A DNA stretch of 62,917 nt, filler included, from Octopus bimaculoides (Eukaryota), in NCBI RefSeq assembly GCF_001194135.2. It is 5 parts of 5 records of this genome, joined end to end, with 100 filler letters (N's around TTAATTAATTAA, not from the genome) between each part and the next. Parts side by side here need not be neighbours in the genome. Positions count along the whole stretch, not along the records: positions 40,787 to 58,232 come from NC_068985.1; positions 58,333 to 61,502 come from NC_068991.1; positions 61,603 to 62,917 come from NC_068997.1; 2 more parts are not named here. One strand, 5' to 3'. The notes beneath the pieces are model-generated. The model was not told the origin of the DNA and did not search any database. It saw nothing but the letters and a program-made list of their open reading frames with translations. This document shows positions 53,562-62,917 of this stretch, piece after piece (position 1 is the first letter of the stretch; each line of letters starts with the position of its first letter). The translations under genes were made by a program, and so were the position numbers.

Positions 53562-53925
53562 CCAAACCGGCACATAATGGGAAAATACTCTCAAAGTAAG
53601 GATCTCTCAAATGTAAATACAAACAGAATAAAACAAGTTTCGCATAAATCGGACCGCGGATTCCTGAGATACACGGTTTTTTGGAGATTGTTTCTACAAA
53701 TTTAAGCAGTGAAACTTGGAGTTATTGCCCTTTACTGCGATCACCTTTATAAATAGCCAAACCGGTACATAATGGGAAAATATTCTGAAAGTAAGGTACC
53801 ATTGGAATGTGAATACAAACGGAATAAAACAAGTTTCGCGTAAATCGGACCACGGGTTCCCGAAATGCGCGGTTTTTCGGGTACCTTGAGTTATTGGTGA
53901 CCCAACGGGTCACGGGTTGTCTATT
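53562..53925 (+). mobile_element. Helitron-like non-autonomous element: 195-bp-period internal duplication and 3' hairpin
   Basis: CCAAACCGG...CATAATGGGAAAATA units at 53562 and 53757; GACCC-AAC-GGGTC hairpin (53899-53911) about 10 nt before CTAT (CTRR-like). Confidence 0.55.
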
Positions 53926-54709
53926 ATTCAATAAAATCTTACAAATAGTATTAAAAAAAGATGTACAAACTTTACATTTTAGTATGTATCAACTTTATTG
54001 AACATTTAAAAAAAAAATATCTGAAGTATATACATACGTGCGTATGTGTGTGTATGCGAGTGTGTGTGTGCATGTATGTGTGTAATATGCGTGTGTATGT
54101 GTGTGTGTGTATGAGTGTAAATACAAGTTTATTGTATTGGGAGAAAATTACTTGATATATGCTCTTAGAATGTGCTTGTTTTATTCAGCCAATACCACGT
54201 ATCCTTATTTGCTTGTGTTCTATATCTTTCTATGACAGACATCCAATATCTCAAGGGTAATTCATCAGATGCATATAGAAAAACGACTGATAAAAGATAA
54301 TGATATACACATTCCACTGGTTAAACAGGGTTTCGCGTTATCATTGAGTGAAATGTTATGTGATTCAGCAAAAAGAATCCTTTGAGCAGCAGAGCAGGGG
54401 AGATAATTCCGAGATTATGATTAATGAAAAATAATAAAAGATAAACAATGAAGTAGATAAATAGAAAATAAGATAGCACGAAATATGACTAGGTAAATAT
54501 GTATAAAATAATATGGGAAGTAGCTGAAAGTGAAAATAGCAGTAGTTTTTATTTTCTTTGTGTAGTATATGTGCCAGCACAAACATCACAAATATATTTA
54601 GACCGCAAAAACTAATGTATGTTAACATACACACACGCGCGCGCGCGCGCACACACACACACACACACACAAACACACGCACTTACAAACACACACTTTG
54701 AGTTCTCTT

Positions 54710-55110
54710 TTCTTTTTTACTTGTTTCAGTCATTTGACTGCGGCCACACTGTCGCACCGCCTTTTGTCGAGCAAATCGACCCATGGACTTCTCCTTTGGA
54801 AGCCTAGTACTTATTCTATTGGTTTCTTTTGCCGAACTGCTAAGTTACGGGGACGTAAACACACCAACATCGGTTGTCAAGCGATGTTGGGGGACAAACA
54901 CAGACACACAAACATATACACACACATACATATATATATTTACATATATACGACCGGCTTCTTTTAGTTTCTGTCTACCAAATCCACACACAAGGCTTTG
55001 GTCGGCCCGAGGCTATAGTAGAAGACACTTGCCCAAGGTGCCACGCAGTGGGAATGAACCCGGAACTATGTGGTTTGTAAGCAAGCTACTTACCATACAG
55101 CCACTCCTGT
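54710..55110 (-). mobile_element. Full-length SINE family B
   Basis: Highly similar to 47735-48153. Confidence 0.92.
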
Positions 55111-55279
55111 TAGAGATAATTTAAATAAATGAAGAATTTGTTGTATCGCATTTTTGGTATGACTTTGTAGCGAACTCTAATGAACTTCCTCTATCTATTA
55201 TATATTCCTACATACGAACGTAGCAGGTAACAGCTAACCTTTGGGCGCTGTTTCGGACTCCGTTGTATCTACCACTCTG

Positions 55280-55435
55280 ATTGGTTGGTGTTGGCGCAAT
55301 TTGTCTCTTACTCTATCGCACGCTAATATGCAACCTAACCAATTGCAGCCCCCAAATAAATCACATGAGAAGTCTGTTCTAAACTCCATTTGAGCCTACC
55401 GTTAGCTATAAAAACTTACCTCCTCTTAGTCTCGA
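55280..55435 (+). promoter_or_regulatory. Candidate Pol II promoter (CCAAT boxes plus TATA)
   Basis: GATTGG at about 55281, CCAAT at 55339, TATAAAAA at 55407, then a GC-richer segment with a possible GTGAGC donor near 55580. Confidence 0.3.
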
Positions 55436-56408
55436 GGTCTGTTGGTTCCAGACCTTCTAAGGTCTAACATAACAGCGACCTCCATCTTCGTCGCCACCAT
55501 CATGTCTCTCACCAACGTCGTCAGCAACATCTCTACACAACACCGACAACACTGCACAAGTTCTAACATATCGCTGTTCGTGAGCTTCCTCACCAAGGTT
55601 AACAGCAAACATACAACCCACGCTGATGCATGTAGACATATGAATAAATGTCCATCAACCACTTCCATTTATCATTCAGCTTGTGTATATATACGTGTGG
55701 CCGGCATTAAAGGCATTTAAAGTTACCACCTTGTTCCATGTATTTCTTTATACTGTTTTCCTGTCAAATGATATTACAGCCTTCTGAGTAGAGTCACATT
55801 AGATGGCTCAACATCTATACCTTTATTTGTATGTGTGTGTGAATGTGTGTGTATTATGTATGCACACACACACGCGCGCGCGCACACACGCGCTCACACA
55901 CACGCTCACACACACATACAAGTTTGTATTGAATAGGACTTCAAGTCATGGCTTGTTGAACCAGTTGAATACGGACACATGTCTGTATTTTATTTAGAAA
56001 TACAGAATTCACTTTGAAGGTACCTTCCAGCGTGATAGAATCTGGAACCACGAGAAAATCCAAGCAAACTTCTCAACCACGTGGCTTGCTGTATTCATCT
56101 GTAGAGTATGTATATGCCTTTAGTCAAACATATTTATTTAAATATCGGTATGGCAAGTCAAAGTGAGAGAAAGAGAGAAAACTAATCTTCATTTTTACAC
56201 TAATCTTCATTTTTTAAATATTTTTTACAGAAATTCATAGGAAACACATTCTTTGACGTATTACAAGAACAAGAGAAAACAAAAGGTTTTGGTCTTCAAA
56301 AATTTCCTGACGGTTTCCAAAAATTGTTAAAGGCTATTTTTTGACACATCGAAGAAAGCTCGATCCATTAGGTTACTTATTTTCTTGCATGTAAGTTTCC
56401 TTCAAGGA

Positions 56409-56505
56409 ATGTATGCCATGATGGCAACTCAAAGGTTTCCCTCCAGTTTTCTTCTAACTGGATTGATGGCATTTCTTCTGATGATTTCGAATGTGACATT
56501 TGCTG
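56409..56505 (+). CDS. Candidate exon encoding a signal-peptide or transmembrane segment
   Basis: MYAMMATQRFPSSFLLTGLMAFLLMISNVTFA(G) followed by a consensus G|GTAAGT donor at 56506 (phase 1); possible acceptors at 56230 and 56406. Confidence 0.5.
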
Positions 56506-56871
56506 GTAAGTAACTTATAAGGTTCTCCATACGTCTTTACTTAAAAACATTTTTATACAGTCAGTTTTGTGTAAATCCTGGCCATTTTTATGTTTTGTCC
56601 TGGTAATATCCTTCAGTTATTGCACATGTTGACTCACAATATTCTGATTTCGAAAGTCAAACTTTACCTTTCATCTGAGATCAACGGTATCAATTAACCC
56701 CTACTCCTCAAAATTACTGGCCTTGTGTCTAAACTGGAAATCATTGTTTGCTACTGTTGTTGTTATTGTTGTTACTGTTGTTGTGAAGTTTATGAAGTCT
56801 TGCTAAAACCATGAACAGTCATAGTTGTGACGACTGACTGCAGATAATAATAATAAAAAATTATTATTATT

Positions 56872-57060
56872 GAGGTGGTGAGCTAGCTGAATCATTAGCA
56901 TGCTGGGCAAAATGCTCCGCAGCATTTCATCCATCTTTATATTCTGAGTTCAAATTCCACCGGGGATGATAAAATAAGTACCAGTTGAGCACTGGGGTTG
57001 ATGTAATCGACTTAACCCATCCCTTAAAATGTCAGGCCTTGTGCCTATTGTAGAAAGGAT
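56872..57060 (+). mobile_element. SINE family A, internally deleted
   Basis: GGTGGTGAGCTAGCTGAATCATTAGCATG...GAGTTCAAATTCCACCG...AATAAGTACCAGTTGAGCACTGGGG. Confidence 0.85.
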
Positions 57061-57422
57061 TATTATTATTATTATTATTTACTTTTGATCTGCATGCTTG
57101 TTACAATCACTTGCTGCGCTGAGACACATCCAGTGTCCTAGGGCGAGCGAAGGATAAGAGATATTACAGTATGACCGAAAGCTTGGGGAGGGTAAGTGAT
57201 AGGGGCAGTAGTGAAATATCTTCATGTAATACATCACAGCCATTTAAATCGATAGGGTTTTTCTAAGGATGTGGGCAGTACTTATCAGTACAATCTTTTG
57301 GATTTCTCTGAGATATGGTTCTCCTGGGATATTATCTAGATGTTTTTGACATCCCTTTCTTATCATACCTAGGGCATTCACAATAATGGGAACAGTTCTC
57401 GCTGTAAGATGCCGCATCTTTT
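57061..57422 (-). mobile_element. 3' end of a restriction-like-endonuclease non-LTR retrotransposon (R4/HERO/NeSL-like)
   Basis: KMRHLTARTVPIIVNALGMIRKGCQKHLDNIPGEPYLREIQKIVLISTAHILRKTLSI*, then a 3' UTR and (AAT)n tail. Confidence 0.85.
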
Positions 57423-58655
57423 GAATTTCAATTTTTACATAGTTACATGATGGCTTGTCAGCGGAGTGCTAGAAACAAATGAAGTTTATAGTTACATTAA
57501 TAATAGAAAGGATTAGCTTCATGTAAGCGGCAAGAATAATGCTCTGTCTATACTAGCCAAAGTTTCTTTACTTAGGGAAACTTCTCTGTTTAAGAGCTTG
57601 TTGTCTGTGCATCCAAGGTGTGCTTCTAATGAACTTATGATTAAGAAATGGCTGGCTACTAATTTTAGTGACAAAAGATGAGGATAATGTATTCATGGTA
57701 CGTATCTGGAGAAGAACATTGAAGACAAAGTAATTCTTTTAAACACAAACTGCATTGGGATCAAGAAACTTGTGTTCATCTATCTCCTTGGGAACTCTCT
57801 TGAACTTCTGTGCTGATCCTGGTGCAATTTCACTTTAATAAACCCCATAGTGCAGGAACATCATAGAATATTCTCTGATATGGTATGATATTCCAGTAAG
57901 TTGATTGGGTAATATCCAGGAGATGTCACCTGATTTAAGGATGGTCTGTGTAGTGTATGCGTACGAGTAGATGTAATCGCCTTACTTCGGTTTTCCTTCC
58001 TCGTCTGCGAGTCTGTCTTGCGGTATCCGATCCTCACAACTCGCCCCGACCCGAAGAACACTAGGAATAGCAGCTGTTTCTCCCAAACCTAGACGATCGC
58101 TTCGCACGTCCTCTCCTGACAACAACCCCGTTCGAAAAGGGCACGAAATCCCGATCGAGGCTCCCTCTGCCCTTCTTCCTCTTCCGGTCAACTCGTCCTT
58201 CCGGTCAGCTCCCCATTCGCTGACGTCATATCNNNNNNNNNNNNNNNNNNNNNNNNNNNNNNNNNNNNNNNNNNNNTTAATTAATTAANNNNNNNNNNNN
58301 NNNNNNNNNNNNNNNNNNNNNNNNNNNNNNNNGATTTCTGCAATATGGTGCATAAATTGTCAAGTAAATGAGACGCATCTTTGCCTCCACTGATTCACTT
58401 GCAAAGTGTTGAGTAAAATTATTTCGTTGCAGACCTCCTTTGGGTCTTTTTATTATCACTATGACACACATAGTCCCCAGTTGGTAACATTGATTTCAAG
58501 GCCCTCCTAGATGAGAGACTGGCATTCCACTTAATGTCTATGTTCCATGCTGGCATGGATTGGAGAGTTATTAATGTAGAAATATGGTATCGTAGCTACT
58601 AACAGTTGAGGGTTGCGTAGTCTAGACGGCGTTTTTAGATTTCATTATTCTCTTT

Positions 58656-58686
58656 AACCCGGGCAAAGCCGGGTATTTCTGCTAGT
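58656..58686 (+). mobile_element. Helitron 3' terminus
   Basis: CCCGG-GCAAAG-CCGGG hairpin followed 8 nt later by CTAG then T, the canonical Helitron 3' signature. Confidence 0.65.
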
Positions 58687-59811
58687 ATATATATAATTTA
58701 CTATTAAGTGTATATATGTGAGTACATACATTTTCAATATTTTTATACATACATTTGGTATCACGTGTATGTAAGATATTCATTTTGTAATTAAAGGTTG
58801 CGGAGCCTTGTCTATGCTAGAGGCTCTCCAACACTATTTACCACGACCATTTGGATCTCATCACATTATTATAACGCGCACACACACACCTCAATATACT
58901 GTTTTATCTGTTCAGGCACTACCTTTTTTTTCAGACTTGTTGATGTAGTATGCAAAAGGTGTCTACTAAATTCTAGATTAAGTAAATGCATCAAATGACA
59001 TTATCATATTTCTAGAAATAAATCTTTCAGAAAATGATGATATCTATTTACTTTTGAGATGCCTGTGTACACACACATACACGCCCCCCCCCCACATCTT
59101 CAGTAGTTCGTATATCCGGAAAAGGAGCACACTGTAAAGCATTAGAGCAATAATATATTTTTTAGGAAGTTAGAAGTTAAGGCCGGTCTCATAGAGTGAC
59201 CTTTGATGCTAAGCGCTTTACAGGGGCGAAACCATTGGTCACTCTCTGACCGACCTTAGCTTTTAATAAAAGCCAGCATCCTAATAATACACACGCATAC
59301 TGGATTGCCTGTAGGTCAGTTCCCAGTAGTAGATAATCTTAATTTCCAGTATGATTTTTATCTTTAAAAGTTTATATAAAGTAACAATTGGCTTAAATTG
59401 AAAAGTAATAATAATATTGAATAGCGCACAGTCCTGTAAAGTAATGAATTATATGTAGCCCCGTGCTTATTAAGTTCATACGTACTCCGACTTAGTTCAC
59501 AGTATTCAGAGACACAACCACTTGGTTCCAACACGCCCACTGTAACTTAAATATTTGCATTAAAAAATAATGGTGATAAAACACAATCTAGCCTATAAAA
59601 TATGAATTAAAACAGTTTTTTAATTGGTCTATACAATTATATATTTTAAATGAAAGGAAGATAGTTTACTCGAGGTTTGGTATTGATGTTATTTTGAAAG
59701 TATATCGACCTTATTACAAATATAATAAATAAAACAGTAAAAGGTTGGTGTGAGAAGATAAATTCTTCTGTCGAGTTAAAGATTTTATTTATTTATTTAT
59801 TTTTGACGCAG

Positions 59812-59941
59812 CAATTTGGTTGGTTGATTTCCATCCACGTGTTTATTGCTGGAGTTGTGCTGGAATCTCAATTAGCGAAAAGTTTTCTAAAGGAACATAT
59901 CATTCATCAAGTGTTTTTCATACTTCTATTCATATTTACAG
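59812..59941 (+). CDS. Candidate exon, two frames open
   Basis: Long T-tract plus CAG acceptor and CAG|GTAATT donor; frames QFGWLISIHVFIAGVVLESQLAKSFLKEHIIHQVFFILLFIFT and (A)IWLVDFHPRVYCWSCAGISISEKFSKGTYHSSSVFHTSIHIY. Confidence 0.35.
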
Positions 59942-59997
59942 GTAATTGATTTATTAATTTTATTCAGCAATAATTATTTCAGAAAAAAAAAAGGCGG

Positions 59998-60560
59998 AGA
60001 CGGACTATATGTAATCTGAACCTTTCCCCCCTTATTTATTAATTTTTTTTACGGAATCCCACGTTTTAGGCTATGGAGATTCCGATTCTGAAAAAAAATT
60101 GTTTGAAAAATTTCAACCCCCCCCCCACCAAGCAGGCTATTTACATGCTAGAAATAACAGCCAAATCTCACAAAACTAGTGTTAGGGTTAGGGTTAGGGT
60201 CAGGGTTAGAGTTACGGTCAGGGTTAGGGTTAGGGTTAGGGTTTGAGTTAGGGTTAGGTTTACCCTGTGGATCTATATAAAAACCGGCGGGGGGGGGNNN
60301 NNNNNNNNNNNNNNNNNNNNNNNNNNNNNNNNNNNNNNNNNNNNNNNNNNNNNNNNNNNNNNNNNNNNNNNNNNNNNNNNNNNNNNNNNNNNNNNNNNNN
60401 NNNNNNNNNNNNNNNNNNNNNNNNNNNNNNNNNNNNNNNNNNNNNNNNNNNNNNNNNNNNNNNTTTTTTTTTCAGAATCTGAATCTCCACAGCCTAAAAC
60501 GTGAGATTCCGTAAAAAAAAAAAGAAGGGGGGAAAGGTTCAGATTACATATAGTCCATCT
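59998..60560. mobile_element. MITE/foldback with about 95-bp TIRs and internal degenerate (TTAGGG)n
   Basis: GGACTATATGTAATCTGAACCTTTCCCCC...TTACGGAATCCCACGTTTTAGGCTATGGAGATTC at 60002-60098 is mirrored at 60464-60556; TTAGGG-like units at 60182-60258; N gap inside. Confidence 0.8.
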
Positions 60561-61086
60561 GGATAAAGATAAAAAAACATTCTGTATTTTGAAATATAAA
60601 TGTTAAAGACGAATTAACTGAATATGATATATTTTTTTGATAATATGTAAAAGATGTTGCAGTTTCATTTAAAAGATTTTTGTTTTGTGAGGAAAAATGG
60701 GCTGAAAATTGAAATTTATTTTATGAAAAATAATAGTTTTTGCATCAGTAATAATTGTATATTATTGTGTTATAGGACTAATAATTTGGTACTGTAATTT
60801 TTAATAGAGATTTTTAATAGAAATATCTTTGATTTTTATTAAATTCATAATGACTACATCCTTGTATCTGTAATTATTTTGTAACTTTTGTATTCGAGAT
60901 TGAAAAGGAGCCGACCAGTTTTAATTTTGTATTAACTTCAACTTCGTCTTCATATTTCATTTTCATAAATTATAACATTTTACATTAATTCATCACAAAA
61001 ATATATCATTTTAAGCACTCAGATAAATGGAAGTGTACATCAAATATTAAATATATGTCTCACAGAAGGCTTTCTTCGGTTAATGA

Positions 61087-61498
61087 GGTTAATGTTTACG
61101 GTCAAACTCCAGTGCCATAGGTGTAAAACATGTAGTAAACGAATATGAAAAAAAAAAAAAAAAATGCGCGCTGGCGAACGGGCGGGGGCAGAGGGTGAGA
61201 GGACTCGGAATGTTCATATTCGTTGTTTTACACCTATTGCACACTGGAGTTTGACCATGTTTATTTTAATTCCCGGTTACCAAAACAAAAGGGTAATAGG
61301 TGTAAAAAAAAAAATGTGTATTAAGCAAGTATGAAAACAAAAATTTGCGCAACATTAACCTGCGCGGTTAATGTTGACATTATTACCTGGAAACGTAATC
61401 GAAAAAAAAAATGTTGTGCAACGGGTGTAAAAAAGGTGTAGAACACGAATATGAAACAAAAATGCGCGGAAAAGAGGAAAATTCACAAGATCCGAGTC
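61087..61498. repeat. Modular direct and inverted repeat cluster (foldback-like)
   Basis: Module GGTGTAAAA..(ACGAATATGAA)..AAATGCGCG occurs directly near 61120, 61297 and 61424 and inverted at 61213-61256. Confidence 0.7.
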
Positions 61499-61720
61499 TT
61501 TTNNNNNNNNNNNNNNNNNNNNNNNNNNNNNNNNNNNNNNNNNNNNTTAATTAATTAANNNNNNNNNNNNNNNNNNNNNNNNNNNNNNNNNNNNNNNNNN
61601 NNTATATATAAGCATATATATCCATATATATATATGTATATATATATGTGTATATATATATATATATTATATATATATACACACACACGCACGCACAGAC
61701 ACACACATATTTATATATAT

Positions 61721-61757
<37 letters not shown>

Positions 61758-62568
61758 CAAACACGCGCGCAGATACACACGCACACTCACATTCATACTC
61801 ACACAAATATGTCGAATTATAAGTTAAAACACTTACTCCAAACGAGTGTTTAGAACGGCTTAATTACATTACAATAATGAGATTACTGCAGCAAGTCCTG
61901 GCGAAATTATACATCATTTGAAATAAAAGAAACTTGCTTCTCTCGTCAGCATTGATTGGTTCGCTAAGAACATTAACAACAATGGCTACTGTCTATATAC
62001 GAAACCTTGCAAAACCATGCAGTGTTTGAAAAATTAAGTAAAATATGTGAGAGGAGCGATAACTCATACAATCAGAAAGCTAGGGTAAATTCCACATGCG
62101 TAGAGAGACCCTGATTTTTATTCTAAGATTTTATTCAGGATTACGACCCAGACTGCTCTTATAAATAACAGAACACTCTGACGCCTGTATTAAATACCTG
62201 ACAGCTATTTAACTTAAGGGGTCAGCTCTGCACCAAAAGGTTCAAAGTAGGCATTTTAGACATAGTTGCAGATATTAGTTTCTGTAAATACTCTAACCAT
62301 TTTCAGAATAAACGTACAAAGTATATTAAAACCATAAAGATCTCCAGAAGTTATTTTTTTCATTATAAAAATAATAATTTCTATAAAAACAAATGCCATA
62401 TCTAACAAATTATTAAATATCATAGCTAAGAAATATAATATGTGTATACACATGGTGTATAAATATACACAAACATTTTAATATGCATGTAGGTATTTGT
62501 GTGTGTGTGTGTGTATCTATATATAATTACACGTGTGTGTGTTGGCGGGGTAGGGGGTNNNNNNNNNN

Positions 62569-62867
62569 AAGTGGCTGAGCACTCCACAGACACGTGTACC
62601 CTTAACGTAGTTATTGGGAATATTCAGTGTGACACAGTGTGACAAGGCTGACCCTTTGAATACAGGTACAACAGAAACAGGAAGAAAGAATGAGAAAAAA
62701 TTGTGGTTAAAGAATACACCAGGGTTCACCACCAACCCCTGCCAGAACCTCGTGGAACTTTAGGTGTTTTCGCTTAATAAAGACTCACAACACCGGGTCT
62801 AGGAATCGAAACCGCGATCCTATGACCGCGAGTCCGCTGCCCTAACCACTGGGACATTGCACCTCCA
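62569..62867 (-). mobile_element. SINE family C (3' end in gap)
   Basis: Homologous to 21991-22371, with a tRNA-like head at the right end. Confidence 0.9.
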
Positions 62868-62884
62868 TATATATATATGTATAT

Positions 62885-62917
<33 letters not shown>

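Noticed and set aside
60182-60258. True telomere or chromosome end
   Set aside because: Short, degenerate, internal and enclosed by inverted repeats

Overview
AT-rich, gap-riddled eukaryotic scaffold. It most likely comes from an octopus (coleoid cephalopod); this is inferred from the very dense (TA)n/(AAT)n/(TATC)n/(CA)n microsatellites and the recurring tRNA-derived SINE families. No complete, recognisable protein-coding gene is present, and almost all ORFs in the supplied track are microsatellite or N-gap artefacts. The window is mainly intronic or intergenic. It holds many SINE copies from at least four families and decayed TE fragments: DD37D-like Tc1/mariner transposase pieces, a Penelope-like GIY-YIG element, 3' ends of restriction-endonuclease-type and other LINEs, Helitron termini and a split transposase-like ORF. 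It also has several MITE/foldback inverted repeats. A few plus-strand splice-flanked candidate exons may belong to an unidentified gene. One carries an ATG-TAA start-stop or a +1 frameshift, and one encodes a signal-peptide or transmembrane segment downstream of a CCAAT/TATA-like promoter. The most unusual items are a minimal type-I hammerhead-ribozyme-like motif, a perfect 119-bp inverted repeat, a 370-bp foldback, a 19-bp-phased GTTAAC array, a SINE array separated by four copies of a 14-bp motif, and a MITE carrying TTAGGG repeats. All coordinates and translations were read by eye, and no databases were searched.
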